64,000 nt of DNA from Patescibacteria group bacterium (GTDB lineage Bacteria > Patescibacteriota > UBA1384 > 2-12-FULL-50-11), in contig JALHMV010000001.1 of NCBI GenBank assembly GCA_022843855.1, positions 2,780 through 66,779 of the forward strand, read 5' to 3'. The position numbers and the translations under genes were made by a program. The notes beneath the pieces are model-generated. The model saw nothing but the letters and a program-made list of their open reading frames with translations, had not been told where the DNA came from and made no database searches. Shown here one piece after another: positions 1 through 8,963 of this stretch. The stretch's first letter is position 1. The number at the start of each line of letters is the position of its first letter.

Positions 1-625
1 TGACGACAAAAAAGCCGAAAAGGCAGATGCTGATAATCGCCCACCCCATCAGAATAGTTGGCAGTCGTCGGCCGAGAACCGCCAGAATCGTTCCTGATAG
101 ATAGGTTAAGATAATTAGTACAAGAGTTACTATATTGGGACCGGTACCCGGAAGCGGCTCCGTTACTGCTGCTTGAAAGCCAGACGATCCAACAGAAGCA
201 AATGATAGTACGCCGCCGAGAACGGTGAGCATTATAGCCAGCGCTGCTCGGGTGCGCGGCGCGACGAGCGTTGGCATCCCCTGAGCGCCCGCCCATTTAT
301 AGAACAAGGCCAACTGCCCCCGAGGATAGAAGACACCGTGACAGTCGGGACAGGACCAGACCTTGAGTCCGGTCGGGCCGGCTTCGTGGTCTGCCTGCTC
401 TAACAGCGTTTGATCAACTGGGCAGGAGAGTGCCATATGACGTAAGGAATAATTCGGTTGCGGAATATCCAGGTCGGCGACTGCCTCCGGCGACAAGCCT
501 TCATCACCGCGGGCGTCAAACCAGAAGCCGCTGCATTGCGAACACCGCCGCGCGTGGCGCGGCGAACCCTCTGCCATTCGAATCGTGACTGACTCGAAGC
601 CCCCCTCACACAACGGACAGAACAT
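1..625 (-). CDS. Tandem Zn-ribbon (zf-TFIIB-like) membrane protein, 3' end runs off the window
   Basis: Manual translation from ATG 625: MFCPLCEGGF...RRCSQCSGFWFD...LSCPVDQ...WSCPDCHGVFYPRGQL, then about 3 hydrophobic segments; open to base 1; not in the ORF track. Confidence 0.75.
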   Translation of the reverse strand, partial: MFCPLCEGGFESVTIRMAEGSPRHARRCSQCSGFWFDARGDEGLSPEAVADLDIPQPNYSLRHMALSCPVDQTLLEQADHEAGPTGLKVWSCPDCHGVFYPRGQLALFYKWAGAQGMPTLVAPRTRAALAIMLTVLGGVLSFASVGSSGFQAAVTEPLPGTGPNIVTLVLIILTYLSGTILAVLGRRLPTILMGWAIISICLFGFFVV

Positions 626-628
626 TAG

Positions 629-1405
629 CTAAACCGTATCAAATTCTGCCCCAGAGATAAAATTAGTAACACGATCGACCGCGTCAGCCGTACCCGTGAC
701 AAGTCGAGGAGAGTTGTGGTGACGCCACCATGTCAGCTGGCGACGAATATACTGTCGACTCGATTGCTGAAACTGAGTGATCGCCAGCTCACGATTCATC
801 TGCCGCGTTAGGTAGTAACTAGCAAACCGGTAATCCAGGCCGATCGATTGAAGCCACTTGTGAGTCACTCCAGCTTCCACCAAATGACTGACCTCCTTAA
901 TCAGCTCGTCGAATATCCGCTCAAAACGATCATCAGACCGTTGGTACAGTACCGTGCGATCAACGTCTGGCATAAGCACCAACGAGCGAAACCGAGCCAA
1001 CTCGGTCGTCTTGGCGTAACGACCGCCGCCTGGTTGGTAACCATCAAGTAAGGCGGTAGCGTATAACCCCGTGCCACCAGTAACGATCGGCAGGTGGCCG
1101 TGCGACCAGACCAACTCAAGCGCCTCTCGGGCCGTTTGTAACCAGTCGTACAGAGTGAAACGCTGCCCCGGCTCGGCGATATCAATAAGCAGCTGAGGCA
1201 CCCCATCGATTATCCGCGCCGGCTGGCCGTGCCATCGGGCGACAGCCCCTTCTTTATTGGTACCCACGTCCAGTCCCCGGTAGACTTGACGCGAGTCCGC
1301 CGAGAGAATGACGCCATTAAAGCGTCGACCTAGACTGCTTGCTAATGCAGTTTTTCCTGATCCAGTCGGGCCGACGATCGCGACGAGTAGATTATTCGGT
1401 ATCAT
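629..1405 (-). CDS. miaA: tRNA dimethylallyltransferase (short form)
   Basis: GPTGSGKT, SADSRQVYRGLDVGTNK, VTGGTGLY, YIRRQLTW motifs. Confidence 0.93.
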   Translation of the reverse strand: MIPNNLLVAIVGPTGSGKTALASSLGRRFNGVILSADSRQVYRGLDVGTNKEGAVARWHGQPARIIDGVPQLLIDIAEPGQRFTLYDWLQTAREALELVWSHGHLPIVTGGTGLYATALLDGYQPGGGRYAKTTELARFRSLVLMPDVDRTVLYQRSDDRFERIFDELIKEVSHLVEAGVTHKWLQSIGLDYRFASYYLTRQMNRELAITQFQQSSRQYIRRQLTWWRHHNSPRLVTGTADAVDRVTNFISGAEFDTV

Positions 1406-1424
1406 TTTGCTATTTTGAGCTCCG

Positions 1425-2150
1425 ATGCTAACCCTAAAGCGAGTTGCAAAGAAATTCTACCAGACCAGAGGCGACGTACCCGTCGTGCAAAACCTCTCAC
1501 TCAGCCTGAAGAAAGGAGAAGTCTACGGTTTCCTCGGACCAAACGGCGCCGGAAAAACAACGACAGTTAAGATGGTTGCTGGCCTTCTTTTCGCCGATGA
1601 GGGCAAGATTACGATCGGTAAGTACGCAGCCGGCTCGGTTGAGGCTCAAGCAGTAATCGGCTTTATGCCCGAGAACCCTCAGTTCTATCGTCACCTCAAG
1701 GCCGTGGAAGTTCTTCACTTTGTCGGGGAACTGTTCGGGCTCGATGCCCCAACAATTACACAACGTTCCGAGGAGCTTTTGCGGCAAGTCGGGCTCGAGA
1801 AAAGCGCCAATGAACCTGTTCGAACGTTCTCTAAAGGCATGCACCAACGGCTTGGATTTGCCGTGGCTCTGATGAACAATCCGGCTATCTTAGTACTCGA
1901 CGAACCGCTCGACGGCCTCGATCCGATCGGTCGTCTTGATTTCAAAAAACTTATCCTCAAAGCAAAAAGAGAAGGCCGGACGGTCTTCTTCAGCTCACAT
2001 ATTTTAAGCGATGTCGAAGAGCTCTGTGACCGAGTCGGTATTATTATTGCCGGACGTTTAGTGGCCGAAGATGCCCCAAAGAAGCTGGTCCGCGGACAGG
2101 CCAAAACATTGGAAGAATACTTCGTTAAACTGGCAAAACAACATGCGTGA
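1425..2150 (+). CDS. ABC transporter ATP-binding protein
   Basis: GPNGAGKTT Walker A, FSKGMHQR signature, LVLDEP Walker B, SSH loop. Confidence 0.93.
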   Translation: MLTLKRVAKKFYQTRGDVPVVQNLSLSLKKGEVYGFLGPNGAGKTTTVKMVAGLLFADEGKITIGKYAAGSVEAQAVIGFMPENPQFYRHLKAVEVLHFVGELFGLDAPTITQRSEELLRQVGLEKSANEPVRTFSKGMHQRLGFAVALMNNPAILVLDEPLDGLDPIGRLDFKKLILKAKREGRTVFFSSHILSDVEELCDRVGIIIAGRLVAEDAPKKLVRGQAKTLEEYFVKLAKQHA

Positions 2151-2907
2151 TACAGTCTTCGCGATCGCCCGAAACACATTTAAAGAAACGATCCGCGATC
2201 GAATTCTCTACTCACTTCTCGCGTTTGCTGTTCTTGCGATTGCCGGAAGCTGGCTCGCTGGATCTGTCTCACTCGGCCAGGAAACTCGCGTTATTCAAAA
2301 CTTTGGGCTCACAGCGATGCTCGTTTTTCTTCTCGTTATCACCATCTTTATCGGCACACAGCTGGTTTACCGAGAAGTTGAGCGCAAGACTATTTATATG
2401 GTTCTGACTAAACCAGTTAGCCGCGACGCCTTCTACTTAGGTAAGTTCCTCGGACTCGCACTCACTTTGACAGTCGTAACGGCTGTGATGGGAGCCGCGT
2501 TTCTTGGTCTCGTTGCCCTCAAGACCAACACAGTCAGTGCCATCCAGGTGGTTGCGATCGGTTTAATGCTGTTTGAGGCTTGGCTTCTCACGGCAGTCGG
2601 TATGCTCTTTAGCAGTTTTACCGCGCCGCTCTCCAGCGCGATCTACACTTTTTGCTTAGCGCTCATCGGTCACGCTAGCACAGTGCTGCTGGCTATCTCC
2701 GAAAAGAGCGCGCCGATCGTTGGGTCGATTATTCAGTTTGTGTATTACGTTTTTCCGAACCTGGAAAAGTTTAACCTCCGGAACGAAGTGGTTTTTGGCG
2801 CGCCGGTTGACTGGGTGTTTGTTGGATGGGGAGCGGCCTACGCCGTCGTATACACCGGCGCGTTGCTCCTCTTCGGCATCGCAATTATCCGTCGCCATGA
2901 GTTCTAG
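2143..2907 (+). CDS. ABC-2 type permease (PilI-like)
   Basis: IARNTFKETIRDR N-terminus, EVERKTIYMVLTKPVSR..YLGKFLG motif, multiple TM helices; ATG 2143 overlaps the ATPase end. Confidence 0.85.
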   Translation: MRDTVFAIARNTFKETIRDRILYSLLAFAVLAIAGSWLAGSVSLGQETRVIQNFGLTAMLVFLLVITIFIGTQLVYREVERKTIYMVLTKPVSRDAFYLGKFLGLALTLTVVTAVMGAAFLGLVALKTNTVSAIQVVAIGLMLFEAWLLTAVGMLFSSFTAPLSSAIYTFCLALIGHASTVLLAISEKSAPIVGSIIQFVYYVFPNLEKFNLRNEVVFGAPVDWVFVGWGAAYAVVYTGALLLFGIAIIRRHEF

Positions 2908-3757
2908 GCCGTTCTTTCGTTCGCCAGGATACCTCGCGCTCATCGCTCTCGTGCTTGCATATGTTGTCCAAATCAACCTGGATGCACAACGTTTTTATTC
3001 GTCCTCCACTGCAAAAGTTGAGGTGTCGCTGAACTACTTCATCGAACCGCAGCCGCCTTCTCCAACCAACGCTCGACTGACAAGCTTTGGCGCGACGGAA
3101 TTCATGGCTGACTGGTATTGGCTCAAAATCATCCAGTACTACGGCGGCGGTGATCCGGGCGGTCAATATCGGAAGTTAGCTGAGATGTTTCACCTTGTCA
3201 CCGAACTTTCCCCGCGTTTTACCGCCGCCTATCAGACTGGTCTTCTCATTCTCCCGGGTGAAGGTTTTGTCGACGAAGCAATCGCATTGGGTAAAAAAGG
3301 ACAGGATCGCCTCCCGGAGCGCTGGGAGATGCCGTACTACACCGGGCTCGTGTATCATATCAGCAAGAAAGACTACGCCGCCGCTGCCGCTGAGTTTGAG
3401 CGGGCCGCTACCAAACAAGGCGCTCCCGCCATCACCAAGCTCTTTGCGGCAATCTACTACAAAGAAGCTAATTCGAGGCAGACCGCCTACCAGCTCTTTA
3501 AAACAATTTATGAGACCGGCGAAACCGAATTCGCCCGAGAGCGGGCGGCGAAGTATGTCGAGCACCTCAATATCTATTTCATGCTCGAGGACGCGACCAG
3601 GCGCTTTTACAGCGAGATCGGACGGTACCCGAAAAACGCGGACGAATTGCTCAGCGCTCGTTACGTTGAGTCAATTCCCCCTAGCCCGCTCAACCAAACC
3701 TTTCTCATCGACCCAGTGACCGGGACGATTAGCGAGACGAAGACCGGTTCAAGCTAA
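2897..3757 (+). CDS. Membrane-anchored TPR-like protein
   Basis: N-terminal TM, ADWYWLKIIQYYG motif, helical repeats, pseudopilin-G-like tail (GRYPKNADELL...IPPSPL). Confidence 0.65.
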   Translation: MSSRPFFRSPGYLALIALVLAYVVQINLDAQRFYSSSTAKVEVSLNYFIEPQPPSPTNARLTSFGATEFMADWYWLKIIQYYGGGDPGGQYRKLAEMFHLVTELSPRFTAAYQTGLLILPGEGFVDEAIALGKKGQDRLPERWEMPYYTGLVYHISKKDYAAAAAEFERAATKQGAPAITKLFAAIYYKEANSRQTAYQLFKTIYETGETEFARERAAKYVEHLNIYFMLEDATRRFYSEIGRYPKNADELLSARYVESIPPSPLNQTFLIDPVTGTISETKTGSS

Positions 3758-4706
3758 GGCCGAGCCCCTCGGCAACCTCAGCCAAGGCGGCTCCAAGTTT
3801 GATCGAATCGTGGTAGAGCGGCTTGGACTCGTTGACTAGGTCGTAGAGATAGACTTTCATTCCGCTGATCGCCGGTTGATCGGTCGTGATATTGCGAACC
3901 GAGCCTAGTTTCCCCTCATTTTTGGCAACGGTGAGAATTCTTTCGTTGACTAGAACCCCATCAAAACGTGTACCGTTGACGTATTGCCTGAGCGTTTCGA
4001 TGTGATCTTCGACGGAAAAACCCTCGGTCTCACCGCGTTCTGTTGAGGCGTTACAGATATATATCTTACGCGCTGACGACTCCTCAAATGCCGAACGAAT
4101 ATCGGGGATGAGGAAGCTGGGTACGACGCTGGTGTAAAAACTACCGGGTCCAACCAGGACGAGATCCGCCTCGCGAATGGCCGCGACCGCTGCCGGGTGG
4201 CCGGTGGCGTCGGGTGGTAAGAGGTTAACGCGCCGGATTTTGTAGCGATGCCCAAGGACCGAGATGTCCACCTGACCGAGCGCTGTCTGGCCGTTGCCCA
4301 GCTCAGCGGTCAGGTGGACGTTATCGAGCGTGGCGGGTATAACGCGCCCCTTGACGGCCAAAATCTTACTGCTGGCTTCGACTGCTGATTCAAAGTCCCC
4401 GGTAATATCCGAAAGAGCGAGGAGGAGCAGATTGCCGAGACTGTGACCGCTCAAGCCCCGCCCCTGCTTAAACCGGTACTGGAATAACCGTGTTGCCAGC
4501 TCTTCGTCTTTAGCGAGAGCGGTCAAACAGTTACGGATATCGCCGGGCGGGAGGATGCCGGTTTCACGGCGCAAACGGCCGGTTGACGCGCCGTTATCCG
4601 TCATCGTAACCACCGCAGTCAGCTCAGCGCGGTATTTCTTTAGGCCACGCAGAAGCATCGCGAGGCCGCTCCCTCCCCCGATGGCGACTATCTTTGGTGG
4701 CGTCAT
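3729..4706 (-). CDS. yvcK: YvcK/GlmR (CofD-like) UDP-GlcNAc-binding protein
   Basis: IGGGSGL, TDNGASTGRLR, PPGDIRNCL, GHSLGNL, GPGSFYTSV. Confidence 0.92.
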   Translation of the reverse strand: MTPPKIVAIGGGSGLAMLLRGLKKYRAELTAVVTMTDNGASTGRLRRETGILPPGDIRNCLTALAKDEELATRLFQYRFKQGRGLSGHSLGNLLLLALSDITGDFESAVEASSKILAVKGRVIPATLDNVHLTAELGNGQTALGQVDISVLGHRYKIRRVNLLPPDATGHPAAVAAIREADLVLVGPGSFYTSVVPSFLIPDIRSAFEESSARKIYICNASTERGETEGFSVEDHIETLRQYVNGTRFDGVLVNERILTVAKNEGKLGSVRNITTDQPAISGMKVYLYDLVNESKPLYHDSIKLGAALAEVAEGLGLSLNRSSSR

Positions 4707-5200
4707 GGGATGATCGGGTGCCGCGCTTCCTCCATCGGTTCAGCTGAACTCCAGGTCTGAACTGTAAAACTGCGTCGGCTGGCCGCATACTGATCGCCGG
4801 CGCCGGCTTTGACCAGGACAATCGGCGAACCAACCAGTTCAAAGTCGTTGATGAGAAAACGCCATCGGTAGACGCCAAGCTCGTCGGCCTCGGCCTGCCG
4901 CGTGAGATGAGTATCAAACTCTCCGGTCGGGCGTTGTAGCGCAAGATCAAGTTCGGCGAACGGCGCTGTTCGAATAGTGACAACCTGATACTGTCCGAGC
5001 AGAACGGTGTCTCGAGAGAGTTCGGTCTCGAGCTGTAAGGTGCCAGTCGTCTGCTCCCGGCCGCTGAATTCCGCCAGAACTGACTGACCGATCGCCACCG
5101 GGGTTTGTTGTCGAGCGACCTCCTCGTTCCAGGAAACACCGAAACCGGTGAGCGCCAGCAGTGCTGCGGTGAATACTGTGTTGCGAATCGACTTCGACAT
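4703..5200 (-). CDS. Hypothetical exported protein
   Basis: MSKSIRNTVFTAALLAL signal-like N-terminus; stop overlaps the yvcK start. Confidence 0.6.
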   Translation of the reverse strand: MSKSIRNTVFTAALLALTGFGVSWNEEVARQQTPVAIGQSVLAEFSGREQTTGTLQLETELSRDTVLLGQYQVVTIRTAPFAELDLALQRPTGEFDTHLTRQAEADELGVYRWRFLINDFELVGSPIVLVKAGAGDQYAASRRSFTVQTWSSAEPMEEARHPIIP

Positions 5201-5285
5201 CTTTGTGTATTGTAGCAAAGCGTATCCGAGTGCCAATGCGTCCCGACTCTTTTCGCTGCCAAGATTTTGTGGTTATGCTGGTGAG

Positions 5286-6233
5286 ATGATGCAACCCGAC
5301 GTTCTTGTTATTGGCTCTGGCATGGCCGGTCTGAGCGCTGCTGTATATGCGGCGCGGTATAACCTCAAAACTTTGGTCATTGGTCATGAGTTTGGCGGCG
5401 CTACCTCAACCGCCTGGACGATCGAAAACTACCCCGGCTACTTGGCGATAGACGGTTACGATCTGATGGTTAAGGTTAAGGAACAGGCTGAAAAGATCGG
5501 CGCTGAGATCGTAACCGATAAAGTTGTGAGTCTTGAGAGGAACGGTGATTTCTTTTTAGCCCGAACGGAGGAAGGCCGGGAGATTGAGACAAAGGCGATT
5601 GTGCTGGCCTGTGGCGCCGCTCGAAAACTGCTCGACCTTCCTCGCGAGAAAGAATTCGCCGAAGGGAAAGGCGTCCACTATTGCACGACCTGCGATGGTC
5701 CGCTCTACAAAGAGAAGATCGTTGCCGTTGTCGGTGCCGGTGACTCGGCCGTCAAGGGTCTGAACCTTGCCATCCAGTACGCTCAAAAAATTTACTGGCT
5801 CATTCGCAGTGACAAGATTAAAGCCGAGCCGTTTAACTACGAGAAAATCAAGAAGTATTTCGGCAATAAGATCGAAATCCAGTACAATACGTCAATTAAA
5901 GAGCTTCGTGGCCAGCAACGTCTCGAATCGCTACTACTAAACGACGGTCGGGAGTTGGCGGTCGACGGCCTCTTTGTCGAGATCGGTTCGATACCTGAGG
6001 TCGGGCTGGCCCACGACGTTGGCGTCGAGCTCGACGAGCTCGGGTTCATTAAGGTTAATGCGATGATGGAGACCAACGTTCCCGGCATCTATGCTGCCGG
6101 CGACGTCACCAATTTCTTCGGCCACTTTAAGCAAGATATCACTGCCGCGGCGATGGGATCGGTTGCGGCTACAAGCGCTTTCAAGCACATTCAACATCGT
6201 CGGGAAGAATCACCAACCGCCGAATCGATATAG
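5286..6233 (+). CDS. trxB: Thioredoxin reductase
   Basis: VIGSGMAG, IENYPG, HYCTTCDG redox CxxC, GAGDSA, TNVPGIYAAGD. Confidence 0.9.
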   Translation: MMQPDVLVIGSGMAGLSAAVYAARYNLKTLVIGHEFGGATSTAWTIENYPGYLAIDGYDLMVKVKEQAEKIGAEIVTDKVVSLERNGDFFLARTEEGREIETKAIVLACGAARKLLDLPREKEFAEGKGVHYCTTCDGPLYKEKIVAVVGAGDSAVKGLNLAIQYAQKIYWLIRSDKIKAEPFNYEKIKKYFGNKIEIQYNTSIKELRGQQRLESLLLNDGRELAVDGLFVEIGSIPEVGLAHDVGVELDELGFIKVNAMMETNVPGIYAAGDVTNFFGHFKQDITAAAMGSVAATSAFKHIQHRREESPTAESI

Positions 6234-6237
6234 ATAA

Positions 6238-6254
6238 GTGAGCCGAGTGGGGAT
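6238..6254 (-). repeat. 17-bp direct repeat of the tRNA-Lys 3' end
   Basis: gtgagccgagtggggat at 6238-6254 is identical to 6376-6392. Confidence 0.9.
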
Positions 6255-6341
6255 TTACGTCGCTAAAGCGACTCCACTTCTCGCAAATTCCATTTGCTCG
6301 CAGTCGAACCCGCTCATTTCATTCGCTGTTCGCTCCCAGGA

Positions 6342-6378
6342 CACGAAAAAGCACAGGCAGAACCTGTACTTTCTCGTG
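6342..6378 (-). terminator. Hairpin immediately 3' of tRNA-Lys
   Basis: Minus strand: cacgagaaagtacagg-ttctg-cctgtgctttttcgtg, with G-U pairs. Confidence 0.6.
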
Positions 6379-6448
6379 AGCCGAGTGGGGATCGAACCCA
6401 CGACACAGAGCTTAAAAGGCTCCTGCTCTACCACTGAGCTACCGGCCC
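6377..6448 (-). tRNA. tRNA-Lys(TTT)
   Basis: Reverse complement GGGCCGGTAGCTCAGTGGTAGAGCAGGAGCCTTTTAAGCTCTGTGTCGTGGGTTCGATCCCCACTCGGCTCA folds as a cloverleaf; anticodon TTT. Confidence 0.95.
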
Positions 6449-6587
6449 ATGACTACTCAGAACTACTGGCTATTTTACCCGAAAATCCGATCAGTACTCA
6501 ATCATCCCGATAGAAAAGACTTGATCGGTCAGTGAGGTCTTGGTACCATTAACGGGCTGCTGACGCCTGTGTCGGCAGAGGTATCGT

Positions 6588-6737
6588 ATGCCACGGAGAC
6601 TCAGCGACTTCTTCGTCGATCCGGCCGCTCGGCCGTCTGTCACCGCTCAGACGGGAGGCTTGCGCCAACCGCCGCCGCGCACGACTCCGCGCAGAGGGAG
6701 GAAGCGCGTCAGAGCCGTTAACAACGGCAAGGTCTAG
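6588..6737 (+). CDS. Small basic protein (49 aa)
   Basis: MPRRLSDFFVDPAARPSVTAQTGGLRQPPPRTTPRRGRKRVRAVNNGKV; GAGGT upstream; hairpin downstream. Confidence 0.45.
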   Translation: MPRRLSDFFVDPAARPSVTAQTGGLRQPPPRTTPRRGRKRVRAVNNGKV

Positions 6738-6748
6738 CTCTCATCCCC

Positions 6749-6776
6749 GGCCCGACGCAACATAACGCGTCGGGCC
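6749..6776. terminator. Hairpin between convergent genes
   Basis: ggcccgacgc-aacataac-gcgtcgggcc perfect 10-bp stem followed by ttcacttt. Confidence 0.7.
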
Positions 6777-6786
6777 TTCACTTTAA

Positions 6787-7317
6787 TTAGTAGTCGCTTC
6801 GGCTCTTGCCGATACCGCCGGTCGCGACCAACGCAATGAGCGGCGCAATAAACCACCAAGCCTCTTTGTCGATGAAGACGCGGGCGATCTTGGATGTCGT
6901 TGCAAATTGTTGCTGAGCGGCGGGGTCCATAAACGAGAAAATCGCCGTCAGGATCAGCGCTGAATTCAAAAAGCTAAAAATCGCTAACTCAAACGCCGAT
7001 AACGCACCTTTGCCGCTCGAGCCCTTCCCCATTCCGGAGCGCACCGAGACTAAAACGGTCGTCAGTAAGAATATTCCGGCTGAGACCGTAAAGGGTGAGG
7101 CATTCGCTTTAATAAATAACTGATCGCCGACCGCCTTGTCTCCCTGAAAAAACTGCTGCAGCGGTGCGCCCAAGACTTGCGCCATCACGATACCGGCGTA
7201 GATCGCCAAAAGCGTCACCACCACCTTATCGCGCTGTAAAACAAAGCTATACCCAATCGAGACGATGAAAAAAATCGCTAGAAAGAGGTCCCAACTTGGC
7301 ACGGCTTGTACTTGCAT
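6787..7317 (-). CDS. Membrane protein (CvpA-like topology)
   Basis: About 5 hydrophobic segments; WDLFLAIFF start. Confidence 0.6.
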   Translation of the reverse strand: MQVQAVPSWDLFLAIFFIVSIGYSFVLQRDKVVVTLLAIYAGIVMAQVLGAPLQQFFQGDKAVGDQLFIKANASPFTVSAGIFLLTTVLVSVRSGMGKGSSGKGALSAFELAIFSFLNSALILTAIFSFMDPAAQQQFATTSKIARVFIDKEAWWFIAPLIALVATGGIGKSRSDY

Positions 7318-7361
7318 CCCCTCTTCAATACTTTGACCCCTGCCAGGTTGAGTGTCAAATC

Positions 7362-7967
7362 TTAGCCGAGCTTTTTCAGCCGTTCGTACAGCTCACGTTG
7401 CTCGCGAGAAAGACGCTTCGGGATCTCGATATGTAGGACGACGGTTAGGTCGCCACGCCCACGGCGCGTCTGTTGACCTTTGCCGCGGAAGCGAAAGGCG
7501 AGACCTTCCTGAGCGCCGGCTGGGATCTTCAGTTCGATCTCGTCACCAAAGTTAGTTTTAAACCTGACGGTATCACCAAGTACGGCTTGGGGGATGGAGA
7601 TAGAAAGTTGCACCTGGATTTGAGCAAAGGCCGATTCGAATAAGTCTTCAAAGATGGAGCCGAATCCACCGCCGCCAGATCCACCGAAGTTGACGTTAAA
7701 GCCACCAAAATCAAAACCACCGGCGCCAGCCCCTGGTTGAGCACCGCCAAAGCCGCCGCGCGCACCGGCGTGACCAAACTGGTCGTACTGGGCCCGCTTT
7801 TGCGGGTCGCTTAAAACTTGGTACGCCTCGTTGACTTCCTGAAACTTGGCCTTGTCACCGCCTTTGTCGGGATGCAGTTGATGAGCCTTCTCGCGGAAAG
7901 CTTTCTTAATGTCTCCTTCGCTGGCACCCTTGGAGACTCCCAGAATATCGTAGTAATCGCGTGGCAT
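7362..7967 (-). CDS. dnaJ: Short DnaJ-family co-chaperone
   Basis: [32 protein letters not shown] region, partial C-terminal domain; no CxxCxGxG repeats. Confidence 0.85.
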   Translation of the reverse strand: MPRDYYDILGVSKGASEGDIKKAFREKAHQLHPDKGGDKAKFQEVNEAYQVLSDPQKRAQYDQFGHAGARGGFGGAQPGAGAGGFDFGGFNVNFGGSGGGGFGSIFEDLFESAFAQIQVQLSISIPQAVLGDTVRFKTNFGDEIELKIPAGAQEGLAFRFRGKGQQTRRGRGDLTVVLHIEIPKRLSREQRELYERLKKLG

Positions 7968-8025
7968 ATCGAAAGATATTTTACCCGAAAAATGTCAAGT
8001 TTGCTTTACGTGCTACAATGTTTTT

Positions 8026-8256
8026 ATGAACGAAGTACGAGAAGTAAATATAAATGTTCCAAAGAAAGCGATTGTTATTAATAAGTATGCCGAAAACGGC
8101 GGCGGCTGGATTTGGTGCTTAGGTTTTATCGGCGCAATTATTTATTACTGGCAGACCGCCAGCGGTTTTGGCGAATACTTTTTTGGATTTCTAAAAGCAC
8201 TCGTCTGGCCAGCCTATATGGTATACGACCTGTTTAAGTTTCTGGGCGTTAACTAA
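8026..8256 (+). CDS. Small membrane protein
   Basis: GFIGAIIYYWQ...GFLKALVWPAY, two TM helices; TACAAT just upstream. Confidence 0.7.
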   Translation: MNEVREVNINVPKKAIVINKYAENGGGWIWCLGFIGAIIYYWQTASGFGEYFFGFLKALVWPAYMVYDLFKFLGVN

Positions 8257-8903
8257 TCTTCTTTATCTTTGAAGACGCCGCTGCAAATATCTGGGTAATC
8301 TTTTTTGAATTGGCTATCGGCGGGGACACTATCCCAAATCGCCTCAATTCGTCGCCTGGATTCGGCGTCAAAGTAGCCCATTGGGCATAATCTATCGATC
8401 AACAGCGACGCCGAGGCGAGCTCCCAGTGGATTTGTCCCGAACCATCCTCTTTGGTTGGGCGCCCTTCAATAATCTTGTCGCGACCGGTATAGCCAAGTA
8501 GTTGGCCTTTTCTAACTTTCGCAAATCGCTTAATTTCTGGCTCGATTGTGTTGAGTTCTTTGTACTCGATTTTATAAAAGCCCGAGTATGTAGTGACATC
8601 AATCGACCCCGCCTCAGTTTTACCTGCCATAAAGACCCAACCGTCGGCCGAAGCGATTATGGGCGTCACACCCATAAACCCAAAATCGATACCAGGGTGA
8701 CCGTCCGGGTTACCGTTGGCTTCGTTATGTTCTATTTTTTCGCCCATAGGAATTAGGCTAACCCGCGAGTCGTATTCGGGGGCAAACGGTAGTGAAATTT
8801 CGATATGTTTGTGCGGTAAATACGCCCACGGCTGGAATAGGAAAAGTGCCAGTAAGAGGATGATTGTTCCAACTACAATTCCGAGCCACTTTAATACTTT
8901 CAT
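8253..8903 (-). CDS. M23-family peptidase-like protein
   Basis: N-terminal TM, HPGIDF (HxxxD), PIIASADG, VRKGQLLG, QIHWE. Confidence 0.7.
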   Translation of the reverse strand: MKVLKWLGIVVGTIILLLALFLFQPWAYLPHKHIEISLPFAPEYDSRVSLIPMGEKIEHNEANGNPDGHPGIDFGFMGVTPIIASADGWVFMAGKTEAGSIDVTTYSGFYKIEYKELNTIEPEIKRFAKVRKGQLLGYTGRDKIIEGRPTKEDGSGQIHWELASASLLIDRLCPMGYFDAESRRRIEAIWDSVPADSQFKKDYPDICSGVFKDKED

Positions 8904-8933
8904 TCTTGAATCAGCATGACAGTAAAACAAATA

Positions 8934-8957
8934 AACGCGAAGGGGTACCTTCGCGTT
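8934..8957 (-). terminator. Intrinsic terminator
   Basis: aacgcgaagg-ggta-ccttcgcgtt, T-rich tail on the minus strand. Confidence 0.7.
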
Positions 8958-8963
8958 GAGCGG

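Noticed and set aside
6238-6392. Full integrative element at tRNA-Lys
   Set aside because: The repeats are only about 120 bp apart and no recombinase is present in the window.
6238-6513. ORF with repeated SRVGI peptide
   Set aside because: It is the antisense reading of tRNA-Lys and its duplicated 3' end.
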